From IMG/VR virus record IMGVR_UViG_3300017963_000515, positions 1 to 35,689 of that record: a stretch of 35,689 nucleotides of DNA; one strand, given 5' to 3'. Origin of the DNA: a virus (taxonomy: Duplodnaviria > Caudoviricetes). Position numbers and translations under genes: made by a program. Position 1 is the stretch's first letter, and each line of letters opens with the position of its first letter. The notes beneath the pieces are model-generated. The model ran no database searches and had not been told where the DNA came from. It saw nothing but the letters and a program-made list of their open reading frames with translations. Below, piece after piece: positions 26,036 to 34,962 of this stretch.

Positions 26036-26757
26036 TATAGTACTCCTAATACTACCGCAAAGTCAAAAGTTGGGCTGCCTGTTCCGCCCACAGTGTATTC
26101 TACTCGAAAATAATCGTCTGCAATAGCCCCGCTAGTGTCAAGAACCTCAAAAGTTGCAGCAGTGGTTGCTTGAGTAAACGTAATACGATCGGTGGCGCTT
26201 GTAAACCCCGCGTTATCGTCAGATGTGATTTTAACGTCAAGTGTTTGGTCGCCTGACCCGCTGCTGCTAATGACGTGCAGCTGCGCATACAATTTTTGCG
26301 ACGCGCCAACAGCGCCTAACTGGGCCCCGGTGTTTGTTCCAGAACTAGTTTTTGTTCCGGTTGATCCCAGCACACCGCGAACCAGCCTTCCGCGAGCAAA
26401 CGCAGAAAACGAAAACTTGAGCGCCTCCCCGACTCCCGCGCCTGGGTTAAACCCGCCGGCCGTGGCGTTAAAAAAATAGGCAACCGCACCCACATCGTTA
26501 GAATTCGCAACGCTGATCGGCGTATCATCGACACCGATTTGGTTGAACATGTATGGCTCTGCGCTGCTGTAGTCGACGTAGCCGTTGGCCTGCAATTGCA
26601 CGGTTTTAAGGCCCCCCGTCATGACGCGCGTGTCTTCTTCAATGCAAGTCGTGTCTTGGGCCTCGGTGGCGTATTCTAAAACAATGGCGTCCGTGTCTTG
26701 TGACAGTTTATTGGTGCCAAACCAAAGCCTCTGCCCTGTTACTACAAATTTAGCCAT
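26035..26757 (-). CDS. Tail tube paralogue with an extra C-terminal beta domain (240 aa)
   Basis: Shares MAKFV, Y....QDTT....TR.M.GGLK and NP...VGE with the adjacent tube gene. Confidence 0.7.
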   Translation of the reverse strand: MAKFVVTGQRLWFGTNKLSQDTDAIVLEYATEAQDTTCIEEDTRVMTGGLKTVQLQANGYVDYSSAEPYMFNQIGVDDTPISVANSNDVGAVAYFFNATAGGFNPGAGVGEALKFSFSAFARGRLVRGVLGSTGTKTSSGTNTGAQLGAVGASQKLYAQLHVISSSGSGDQTLDVKITSDDNAGFTSATDRITFTQATTAATFEVLDTSGAIADDYFRVEYTVGGTGSPTFDFAVVLGVL

Positions 26758-26761
26758 AATG

Positions 26762-27148
26762 TCACTCGTTTACAATAAACTCCGCATCTACGCGTATTCT
26801 GTGTTGTTCGGTTTCGTCGTCCCAATCGTCGTTTACGCTGCCTATAAATGTGTCTTGCAGACCAATGCCCGCGTCGCGCCATCTTTGTATGGCCGCCAAA
26901 AGCTGCTTTTCTATTGCTCGTGCCGCGCTATACGTTGCAGCAACAATGTCGAACTGGTAAGTTTCCCTTACAAATCCAACGTCTACGCTCATTGTGCTTT
27001 CTCGTTCAGAAGCTATGCGCGCGTAGCGGATGGCCGATTGCTGGCGAGTCCCCTGCCGAAATTTGTTGGGATAGATGCGGGTCCCCACAAGGGCCGTCAA
27101 CCCCGCAAACCCCGACAAACGCGTGTATAAGTCTTCTTGAAACGCCAT
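26762..27148 (-). CDS. Tail terminator (DUF3168-like)
   Basis: L.ALVGTRIYP, YARI, YQFDI.A.TY..A; gene position. Confidence 0.8.
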   Translation of the reverse strand: MAFQEDLYTRLSGFAGLTALVGTRIYPNKFRQGTRQQSAIRYARIASERESTMSVDVGFVRETYQFDIVAATYSAARAIEKQLLAAIQRWRDAGIGLQDTFIGSVNDDWDDETEQHRIRVDAEFIVNE

Positions 27149-27471
27149 TAGGCCAATACCGCCTCAGTATGTAACAGCAGCCCCTTTGCCCGCTCAATTT
27201 CTTCTATTCCCACGATATCATAGTAAACCCCGTCGAACAAGACGCGCATTCGGTTAGTGAGGTCTGTGCGGTGCCGTATTTCCCAAACAACGTTTTTTGT
27301 TCCAACGCGTTGCTCGAATTTAAACGCTTCGGCGGCGCGCTTGATACTGAGCTTTCTCGCCCAAACCGTAGCAAACGTCGAATAAGTCTCCACAGGTTCG
27401 CCCGAAGCATCTTGGGCCACTGCCGGCGACTCAATGACTATTTGTCTGTCTAGGCGTCCGCTAATGGTCAC
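27148..27471 (-). CDS. Head closure protein (SPP1 gp16-like)
   Basis: GRLD..I.I, D..G, TVWA, IRHR.DL...MRV......YDI. Confidence 0.88.
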   Translation of the reverse strand: MTISGRLDRQIVIESPAVAQDASGEPVETYSTFATVWARKLSIKRAAEAFKFEQRVGTKNVVWEIRHRTDLTNRMRVLFDGVYYDIVGIEEIERAKGLLLHTEAVLA

Positions 27472-28097
27472 GGTGAGAAGTCCTCGCTTATGCCGAACCA
27501 GCGCACACGGTAGGGCGCTATAAGAAATTCTACGGCCATCGGGAGCACGGCCATAGAAACCGGCGTTACGGCTTCCCGGTTTTCGTACATGTGCTGAAAC
27601 AATAGCTTAACCGCGTGCAACAGTTCTTGCGGCACGTCCGTGGAGGCGTCGCCGTAGCCGGCATCGTATGTGATAGTGACGCAGTTGGGCTCTGTGCGAA
27701 CAGTTGGCCAAGTAGAATTATACGCCGGGTATAGGCGCGAGTAATCGCCGTTTGTGTCTACGCTATACTCGGCAGACGACCAGGTCTGAGTGGCGCCAAG
27801 CGTGTTGATGTACTGGACAGAAGCAACGGACTGTGCGGGGCCGCGCGGCAAGATAATTGCAGAGTAATCGGAGTAGGGCAATCGGTCTAGCCGCAGCTCG
27901 TAAGTACGAGTAATTAGCGACCGCCCGGTAATCTCTTCGATCATCCGCCGCGCCGCTAGCTGATAGGAGTCAATTAGCGTGTCTTCAGCGCTCGTGCTGA
28001 TGCGACCGTGGCTTTTAGCCTCCGCCGTCGTAACCGGCTCGACCGCTGGCGCAGCCGTCTCAGTTAGCGACCAGGTAATGTGAGGGTGCTTAGTCAT
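27468..28097 (-). CDS. Head-tail connector (phiE125 gp8 / HK97 gp6-like)
   Basis: EPVT.AEAK.H.R....ED.LI, AGYG....VP..L..A..L...H.YENRE, L.PYR. Confidence 0.9.
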   Translation of the reverse strand: MTKHPHITWSLTETAAPAVEPVTTAEAKSHGRISTSAEDTLIDSYQLAARRMIEEITGRSLITRTYELRLDRLPYSDYSAIILPRGPAQSVASVQYINTLGATQTWSSAEYSVDTNGDYSRLYPAYNSTWPTVRTEPNCVTITYDAGYGDASTDVPQELLHAVKLLFQHMYENREAVTPVSMAVLPMAVEFLIAPYRVRWFGISEDFSP

Positions 28098-28659
28098 GAG
28101 CTTTAAACGTCCGCGCTATAACGTAGCGTATATTGTAGATGTCTACCGGGCCGTTTGACCTTACATATACTTCTGCGCCATTGGCCTCCCACGTGTCTAG
28201 GGTATACACCAAAGTAGTGTTGACGATATTTCTTACGACGCCCGCGCCTTTTGGGAACGTGGTAATCCTGCGGTAAAGCTCGCCAACCGATCCGCCAATG
28301 TCAAACCAAATTTCTAAATTAGTGGCTGTTTGGTTAGTCGGCTCGGATTTAAACTCTACGGTTATTGTAAGGGCGTCGCCCTCTTTTCCTCGGATTTTGC
28401 CGCTCGAATACAGCGTAAACCCGGGCGGCTCATATGTTTTTGGGCCGTTAACGCCGTCATTTGGTAGCAACGTGTCAGTGTTTGCAGACAAAGAAAAAGG
28501 CGACCCTGACGTGTAGGTAGAATCTGCATAATCGGCCCGGCCGCCACCTAGAAGTTGGCGCGGGTCAACTTTAAACGTCGTGGACCCGACCGTTATAGGA
28601 ATCCAATTGTCGTTGTGGTCTGGGGCTGTCGTTTCTGTAAGCGCACTAATCGCAACCAT
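28090..28659 (-). CDS. Putative head fibre / virion accessory protein
   Basis: N-terminal ISALTETTAP....WIPI pattern common in fibre-like proteins; beta-rich C-terminus; lies in the head module. Confidence 0.55.
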   Translation of the reverse strand: MVAISALTETTAPDHNDNWIPITVGSTTFKVDPRQLLGGGRADYADSTYTSGSPFSLSANTDTLLPNDGVNGPKTYEPPGFTLYSSGKIRGKEGDALTITVEFKSEPTNQTATNLEIWFDIGGSVGELYRRITTFPKGAGVVRNIVNTTLVYTLDTWEANGAEVYVRSNGPVDIYNIRYVIARTFKAHD

Positions 28660-28662
28660 TGG

Positions 28663-28797
28663 CTACCCCGTTTCGAGATTTTGAGCGCTCTCGGTTTCTA
28701 AATTAACGAGCGCCTCCGTTTGTAGTGTTTGCGCTGCTATGGCTACTGCAGCGTATTTAAGGATTACCGACACAACAGCCAGACCGTACGAATACAT
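28663..28797 (-). CDS. 44-aa peptide with L-x-TE repeats, not in the ORF track
   Basis: MYSYGLAVVSVILKYAAVAIAAQTLQTEALVNLETESAQNLETG; TAATG-coupled to the upstream gene; in frame with the downstream gene. Confidence 0.7.
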   Translation of the reverse strand: MYSYGLAVVSVILKYAAVAIAAQTLQTEALVNLETESAQNLETG

Positions 28798-29057
28798 TAG
28801 TCGTATAACGCTATCATGTTAGTTGCGGTAGTTGAAGACGAATTTACCACAGTAGCGCGTATAGGAATTATCTCGCCGGCTGCCGCAGACGAAAAAGTTA
28901 CCGTGTCCCCGTAAGCAGTAGTCAGGTTGATGTTCCCTGCGCCGCCCACATAGATCGCTTTGCACGTGTTAGTAAACGGGGTGCCTGGCGTTACCGCTTC
29001 GGCACCTTGCGCGGGGTCAGAGATGCTCGGTGTATATCCGCTAAATGTATCGGCCAC
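28797..29057 (-). CDS. Head spike base protein, RcGTA Rcc01079 (GhsA)-like
   Basis: D.F.......PA..A.AVTP, AIYVGGAGN, VTF....G...PIR...V....TTAT..IAL; GTG start with GGAG RBS. Confidence 0.72.
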   Translation of the reverse strand: MADTFSGYTPSISDPAQGAEAVTPGTPFTNTCKAIYVGGAGNINLTTAYGDTVTFSSAAAGEIIPIRATVVNSSSTTATNMIALYD

Positions 29058-29088
29058 AGTTTTAAACTCCGTGGGTTCTGGTACTTAA

Positions 29089-29535
29089 TTAGGCGGCAAA
29101 CGTGATTGCGTCGGAGACCACTTGTGACCCGTCCGGCAACACGGTAACTAAATACCACGTGTCTGCGCCCGTTTCTGTGATAACAATGTCTATGTCGCCG
29201 TCAGACTCGCTTTGGGCGGTCCACACTAGATCAGCTGTGTGCTCAACGATCAGTGCGCCGTCTGTTCCGGCAGCCACGCTAGTGTCTGGAGCAGTGCCCG
29301 AAACGCCCACGCCGCCAGAATCGTCTGACAAAAACATTAAGACGCATGCGCTAAAATCAATATCGCTAGCTGCACTGTCTGCTTTTTGTAACTGCACGTT
29401 GACCGTGATTGCGTTAGTGTCTTCGGCGCCTATGGTATACGAGACACCGCCAATTTTACCGGCCTTTGCAGAAGACTCGACGACGAGGTTGTCGCCGCCT
29501 TGCTCCCTATAGATATTAGTGTTGTGAACCGTCAT
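29089..29535 (-). CDS. Putative head decoration / fibre protein
   Basis: N-terminal NT.IY.EQGG motif; very acidic and beta-rich; downstream of the capsid gene. Confidence 0.5.
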   Translation of the reverse strand: MTVHNTNIYREQGGDNLVVESSAKAGKIGGVSYTIGAEDTNAITVNVQLQKADSAASDIDFSACVLMFLSDDSGGVGVSGTAPDTSVAAGTDGALIVEHTADLVWTAQSESDGDIDIVITETGADTWYLVTVLPDGSQVVSDAITFAA

Positions 29536-29560
29536 TGCGGGCTCCCCTCTAAGCTATTGA

Positions 29561-29998
29561 TTAGGCTTCCGCTGGACTATAGACTACATCGGTGCCGCCC
29601 ACAGTAGAGGGCTGAGTAGCCGGAAGTTTTCTCAAACCGCCTTTGATAGCGACAATACTTTCGATTACTGCGTTTTGCGTGCCTCTATCAACAGTTACGC
29701 GCACGTAACGCTCGCGAGGGCGCTCGACCTCAAGCACAAATACTTTGTTGTCGTCCGTGTCTGCAATGGTAACGGAGCTGCCCGAGAGGGCGGCAAACGT
29801 GTCGGCAGCGCCGTCGTCGCTTGATTGCTCAATCGCCGCACTAGTTACCGCACCGGATGTGATGGCGCCCATGGTGATCAAAAAAGCCACTGACTCACAA
29901 TTGGCCGTGTCAACACTAGCGGAGTTAACGTTTGAGGTGCCCGCTGCAACTGCGTTGGACACTACAGAAAACTCGTGGTTATTAACAATATCTTTCAT
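29561..29998 (-). CDS. Putative capsid cement / decoration protein
   Basis: Immediately after the MCP; VD.......F, EQS.D, RYVRV pattern. Confidence 0.6.
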   Translation of the reverse strand: MKDIVNNHEFSVVSNAVAAGTSNVNSASVDTANCESVAFLITMGAITSGAVTSAAIEQSSDDGAADTFAALSGSSVTIADTDDNKVFVLEVERPRERYVRVTVDRGTQNAVIESIVAIKGGLRKLPATQPSTVGGTDVVYSPAEA

Positions 29999-30028
29999 TT
30001 ATTCTACTCCAGTTTTTGGATGTCAGGA

Positions 30029-31255
30029 TTACGCCAAAGTAACGCGAGCAATTGCTTCCGCAAGGGTCGGCATGCCGTCGGTTTCTTTGCGAGCAATGTA
30101 ACCAATTTGATCAGTTTCAGCATACAGCTCAACAAGTCGCTTAATCTGCATGTTCATTGCGTCGGCAATCCAGTAAGTACTAAAGTCACCGTATGCGCCA
30201 ACAACCAAACCAGTCGTAAACGTGTTAGGGGCGTACTCGCTTAAATATACCGGACTGTTAAGAAGTCGGTCGGGAGTGCCGGCCACAACGCTTGGCTGCC
30301 ACAAGTATTGGCCATTGCCGTCTTTAAGTTTTGCAATTTGTTTGACGGCGTCGCGGTGGAAAATCCAAGCTGCGCGCGGATGGTAGTTACTCTTAAGCGC
30401 ATATTTAACTTCAAATAGATTATCCATCTTGATCTGGGTAGTGGTGTTACCCGTAGAGATGTTTTGCGAAGTGGGGATGCCGTCAGCACTAGCCGTAAAG
30501 ATCCCAAGCGGTTGATTTGAGCCATTACCAGTCAAAAACGCTTTTTCTTCGGTTACGGCAAACTTATAAGCAAGACGTTGTTGCACAAGCGATTCGGGAG
30601 CCATCATAGCGCGACGCAAAAGAGACTCAGAAACCTTGATGCGCTTGGCTAATGGACGAGGGGTCAAGCTACGCTTGCCGAAAGCCATAGTGCTGTCTTC
30701 GTTGCCTGTGGCCAGTTCGGTCGTCCAATCGGCGTCGGCCGGGTCTTGGTCGAGCGACACGGCGCCCAGGCTCTCAGCGTTAGGAACTTGAAACGAGGTG
30801 CCTAGCTGACGCATAAAGACTTGATCATCAACAAATTTGATCAGTTCTTGAGCAAAGATCTCAGGCATTACTAAGTAGCCAGCTTGAGTGTCGCTGCCAA
30901 CTTGCAGGTTACGAAATTCTCCGCTTTGTGGGCGACTACCTGTCAACAACCAGCTGCGTACTTCTTCGCGTACGTTTGCGTGTTTTTTCTCCGCGCGGGT
31001 GCCGGCCTGGTCCATTTCTTCGGCAGTGCGCTCGGCTACTTTGCGCTCAAGCTCGCGCTGACGCTCTTCGCGCTCAATGCGGCCCTCTAAATTGCTAATA
31101 TCGCTGTAAATTGTGTCGTATTTCGCTTGATCTTCCGCGTTAATGTTCGCGCTTCCTGCATCTTTTGCCCGCAGTTCAGCGGCATCAATGTGCGAACGGG
31201 CTTCTTGAATAAGTCGAGCACGTTCTTGTTTCAGTTCGGTTATTTTATCCGCCAT
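30029..31255 (-). CDS. Major capsid protein, HK97 fold with delta scaffolding domain
   Basis: About 110-aa coiled-coil N-terminus; GYLVMPE, AFLTGNG..QPLGI, LKDGNGQYLWQ, YGDFS.Y.I.D. Confidence 0.96.
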   Translation of the reverse strand: MADKITELKQERARLIQEARSHIDAAELRAKDAGSANINAEDQAKYDTIYSDISNLEGRIEREERQRELERKVAERTAEEMDQAGTRAEKKHANVREEVRSWLLTGSRPQSGEFRNLQVGSDTQAGYLVMPEIFAQELIKFVDDQVFMRQLGTSFQVPNAESLGAVSLDQDPADADWTTELATGNEDSTMAFGKRSLTPRPLAKRIKVSESLLRRAMMAPESLVQQRLAYKFAVTEEKAFLTGNGSNQPLGIFTASADGIPTSQNISTGNTTTQIKMDNLFEVKYALKSNYHPRAAWIFHRDAVKQIAKLKDGNGQYLWQPSVVAGTPDRLLNSPVYLSEYAPNTFTTGLVVGAYGDFSTYWIADAMNMQIKRLVELYAETDQIGYIARKETDGMPTLAEAIARVTLA

Positions 31256-31277
31256 TACTACAGCCTCATTTTAGTGA

Positions 31278-31856
31278 TTACAGGGTTTTACGTAACAACT
31301 CGCATCTTAACCTCAAGGCTTGCTCGGTGTCAAATTGCGAAATTTTCTTTTCTTCTAACGATCTTTTGGCTACCGTGGTGTCCACAAAGGCGGGAAATGT
31401 CACGGGAGACACGTCAAGTAGCCGCTCAAATTTAGTGATCGTGCGTAAAGGCAGCGATTTGTCTAAATCAGAATAGGTTTCGTCTTTTACGACAAAGCCA
31501 AAAGATGATTGCGAAATGTCGCCCCGCCTTACCAATTCCGCTAGACTGCGGCCAAGCTCGGTGTCTGGCAGTTCGACGCGGTAATAAAGCCCACGGCTGT
31601 CTTGACTTAGGGTAAGCGTGCCAGATTTGGTTCTGCCGAGGATTTGGTCCACGTTGTGGTTAAAAAGCGCGCGAACGTCATCCGCCAAAACCTCTGAAAA
31701 AGCGTCGGGAGCAATTTGCTCGCGGAACATGCCGCCAATTTCCGCTTCGCTGTTAAATACGGCTGCGTAGCCCTCGATAAAACCCGGTCCCTGGGCACTT
31801 TCTTCCTTCCGTAGCTCAAAAACTGTTTGAAACGAGCGCGTTTCTTTATTCGTCAT
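31278..31856 (-). CDS. HK97-family prohead protease
   Basis: GYAAVFN, LFNH, LGRT, QSSFGF, DVSPVTFPAF. Confidence 0.95.
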   Translation of the reverse strand: MTNKETRSFQTVFELRKEESAQGPGFIEGYAAVFNSEAEIGGMFREQIAPDAFSEVLADDVRALFNHNVDQILGRTKSGTLTLSQDSRGLYYRVELPDTELGRSLAELVRRGDISQSSFGFVVKDETYSDLDKSLPLRTITKFERLLDVSPVTFPAFVDTTVAKRSLEEKKISQFDTEQALRLRCELLRKTL

Positions 31857-33136
31857 GCGTCCGGTGTCCCTGGTTCAATGCTTTCGGTTTCGCCGCTGCT
31901 TTGCGCTATGCCCGCAGGGCCTTTAAGCAAGATGTCATCTGCTAAATCCGCCGGAATCATATTCGCGGGGGTGTAATAGCGGTCGCCTCCCTCGCGTGCA
32001 GGCAATGCCCGGCGCTGGCGGATTTCGTTGGGAGACAAGGCGCCCATACTCCACAGTTTCCGGTCACTCTCTGTGCGCGCTGCGCTGTCCCCGCGTAATA
32101 ATTCAGTTTCGTCAAGATTTATCTTATACCGTTTTTGCTGGGCCGTTGTCAAGAGGGATGCGTTGAGCACGTTTTCAAAACGGATAACTTTAGGCGTAAT
32201 CGCGTCGGAGATAAAGTCAATAGCGTCTTGTTCGCTGCTCGCACGTGTTTTCGCCTCGGTGTCGCCCAGTTTGCTGACCGGGACGCGAAACATCGCCGCG
32301 ATTTCAGACTTAGAAAACTTACGCGACTCGAGTAGCTGCGTGTCTTCTGCATTGAGCGACAGGTTACGGAACTTTAGCCCCTCTTCCAAAATCATTGTGC
32401 TGTGGGCTTGGTCCAGCCCTTGCTTGCTGCGCATAAACCGTTGTAAACGCTGGTAAGCTTTGTCGGTAAGCTTTTCCGACGTCTCAATTGCGCTGGCCAC
32501 ATTGGCGCCGGAACCAAAATACTTGCCTGCAAAGCTGTCGGTGGCCGCCGCAATCCCCAGCGCCTCGCGGTTGAGCTGGATCGTTGTCATGCACTCGACG
32601 CCATCTAGCGACGGGCCGCGCAAGTCCAAAACCTCGCTTGCCAGCAGCACGTATTTGGGGATGTGCGGCAAATTAACCTCATACGCAACGCTACCGTCCG
32701 GCGCGCGGAATGCCGTCACGCAATCATACGGCAAGGGCACAATCTCGGTAATCCGACCGCTGCCGTTTGTAAAAATTTGTGACACAGACCGGCCGCCTAG
32801 CAAGTAGTTCCACATTACGCTTTCGCGCCATTCGAAAGAATTCTGGAACCGATTGGGGTTGTGAGACAGCAGGTTGCTAATGGGCAGGTCTACCGGTTGT
32901 TTGTCATTGATATTTATGGTATTTATAGAAATCTGCGCCACAGTCTCGGCAATAATAGACACGCAGGTATATACCGCGGATATTCGCATCGCGGTTTTAG
33001 GGGTAACCGATACGCCCGAACTCGTGTTAGAAAACAAGCCGCCAAAAAGCTCTGCTAACGCCGGGTCTTTGGGGTGAACCGGGTCGTATTTATCGGCGCG
33101 GCTTTCTTGACTGAACAAGTTTCGTATGAACGACAT
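31853..33136 (-). CDS. HK97-family portal protein
   Basis: AVY.CV..IAE, PN..Q...EW, ILEEG, QLLESR......IA..FRVP, SPNEIR. Start ATG 33136 or TTG 33142. Confidence 0.95.
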   Translation of the reverse strand: MSFIRNLFSQESRADKYDPVHPKDPALAELFGGLFSNTSSGVSVTPKTAMRISAVYTCVSIIAETVAQISINTININDKQPVDLPISNLLSHNPNRFQNSFEWRESVMWNYLLGGRSVSQIFTNGSGRITEIVPLPYDCVTAFRAPDGSVAYEVNLPHIPKYVLLASEVLDLRGPSLDGVECMTTIQLNREALGIAAATDSFAGKYFGSGANVASAIETSEKLTDKAYQRLQRFMRSKQGLDQAHSTMILEEGLKFRNLSLNAEDTQLLESRKFSKSEIAAMFRVPVSKLGDTEAKTRASSEQDAIDFISDAITPKVIRFENVLNASLLTTAQQKRYKINLDETELLRGDSAARTESDRKLWSMGALSPNEIRQRRALPAREGGDRYYTPANMIPADLADDILLKGPAGIAQSSGETESIEPGTPDA

Positions 33137-33263
33137 CAACAATACTCATAAGTGTGTAGAGGCCTCCTATTATAATGAGGCCATACGGATGTATCAAGAA
33201 CTCCATGCCCACCCCTAGGATAAGGGTTCCTGCCAGAAAAAGCAAAAGTGTTATGTAGTTCAT
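33090..33263 (-). CDS. Small two-TM membrane protein between terL and portal (57 aa)
   Basis: ATGA overlap with the terL stop; two hydrophobic segments and a basic tail. Confidence 0.6.
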   Translation of the reverse strand: MNYITLLLFLAGTLILGVGMEFLIHPYGLIIIGGLYTLMSIVDVVHTKLVQSRKPRR

Positions 33264-34960
33264 AAGGTCCTTATTCCGTAGCGCTCTACGTTGGATTCTC
33301 CTTCCGGTTCTTCTGCAACCATGCATCTGTGCACGGCCATTAGGGAGGCAATGGCGCCGTCTATTTTGGAACTAGCATTCGTCTTTCTTGGAAAAAGCTG
33401 CCCACCGGCGTCCTCAGTGGTAATTACGTTGAACACGTTCCACATGAGGATGGGGTGCCCGTCGTGGTGAATGCGCCCATCTGCTAACGCTGATTCAAAC
33501 TCTTTCATTGCCGGGCTCATCGTTTTGACTCGCTGTGCAAACTCAAAAACGTTGTGCTCTTCTAGCTCTCGAAAAAGCTCGTCGGCTTTCCATGGGTCGA
33601 CGGCAACCTCTTTTATACGGGGGTGCGCGGCTTTTAGGTCTTTTATTTTACTTATAATATGGCCGTTGTCAATCGAGTGCCCTTCTATGGCTTGCAGGTC
33701 TCCGGACGCCTCCCACGCGCTATATGCTTGATTGGGCGACTTAATTATGGTTTCGCTCGGCAACCAAAACGTGGGGAACAGGTAATAGTGCCGGCGCTCG
33801 TCGATTATGCGAGTAAAACACACAACTAGCGCGCACAGATCCAGTTTTCGCGCCAAATCTACCGCGATCACCCCTTCGTCGGCACGAAAATCTTCGATGC
33901 GCAATTCGGGGTCGCGCATGCGCTCCCAGTCGGCCATAGACAGCCAGCTTACCGCCGAGTTAACCCAGCGGTTCATGTGCTTGGTTAAGATGCCGTTTTG
34001 CTTCTGTGGTTGGTTTTTGGCCGTGCGCAGCGCGTCAAGCAGAAAGTCCTCGGTCACACTGACCCCTAGGTTGGGGTTTACCCTGCGTATAACCGCCGGA
34101 TCCTGCCAATCCTCGTCGGGGTCCATAGCGTACATTAGGGCAAAAGCGCGGTCATTCATGGGCTTAGACCCTCGCAACATTTGCGACAGTTCGTGCATGT
34201 GCGTGTAACAGGGGCTGCTGAGGTTCCGGCCCGCGGTTGTTATAACCAGCAGTAGCGGGGAGTCGCGAGAGCCCATCCCCGTGCGGGCGGTTTCTACCTG
34301 GTCGTCGTCCGCGTGTTCGTGGTATTCGTCCACGATCCACACTAGGGGGCTGGAGCCGTCGCCCGGTTTGCCGATGACCGGTTCGAACTTGCCGCCGCTG
34401 TCGTCTTGCGTCAACGTGCGAGCATTGACCGAGATGTTGAACCGCTTGCAAAGGCTGGGCCGTTTTAGGCACATGTACCGCGCGGGCTTAAACACCTCTA
34501 GCGCCTGCTTCTCCGTTGTTGCGCCGCTAAAAATTTCTGGCGCGTAGTCCGGCGTAAGGCAAAACTCCGCCAGGGCGATCGCTGCCGCCAGGAGCGACTT
34601 ACCGTTTTTGCGAGGCACGAAAAGCGTGGCCTCGCGAAACCGCCGGTGACCTGTATCCTCCTGGTGCCAGCCGAATATCTGGCTTACAAAAAAACACTGC
34701 CACGGCTCTAGCTTGATGCACTTGCGGGAGTCGCGCGCCCAGCGGCCACGGGTGTGCGGCAGTGTCTGGATGAACCGCAAGTAGCGCTCTGCTACGTCCG
34801 GGTCAAAATAATACGGGAAGTCATCGCGCTCAAGGTCTGAAAGGTAGCGCCGGCAGGCTAGCACCACGTCCGTGGGAGCCGACAGCGTACCCGACTCTAC
34901 GTCCACGGCGTACTGATGTGCCGCGGCGCAATATGGGTACCCTTCCAGCTCGGCCAGCAT
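33260..34960 (-). CDS. terL: Terminase large subunit
   Basis: LEPWQ, PRKNGKS, IVDEYHEH, ITTAG, DLA...DL, KIDGAIA. Confidence 0.96.
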   Translation of the reverse strand: MLAELEGYPYCAAAHQYAVDVESGTLSAPTDVVLACRRYLSDLERDDFPYYFDPDVAERYLRFIQTLPHTRGRWARDSRKCIKLEPWQCFFVSQIFGWHQEDTGHRRFREATLFVPRKNGKSLLAAAIALAEFCLTPDYAPEIFSGATTEKQALEVFKPARYMCLKRPSLCKRFNISVNARTLTQDDSGGKFEPVIGKPGDGSSPLVWIVDEYHEHADDDQVETARTGMGSRDSPLLLVITTAGRNLSSPCYTHMHELSQMLRGSKPMNDRAFALMYAMDPDEDWQDPAVIRRVNPNLGVSVTEDFLLDALRTAKNQPQKQNGILTKHMNRWVNSAVSWLSMADWERMRDPELRIEDFRADEGVIAVDLARKLDLCALVVCFTRIIDERRHYYLFPTFWLPSETIIKSPNQAYSAWEASGDLQAIEGHSIDNGHIISKIKDLKAAHPRIKEVAVDPWKADELFRELEEHNVFEFAQRVKTMSPAMKEFESALADGRIHHDGHPILMWNVFNVITTEDAGGQLFPRKTNASSKIDGAIASLMAVHRCMVAEEPEGESNVERYGIRTL

Positions 34961-34962
34961 GA

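Noticed and set aside
28663-28665. Genome-wide TAG reassignment
   Set aside because: TAG ends several clearly complete genes (HNH, kinase, SSB) and long genes are uninterrupted in the standard code.
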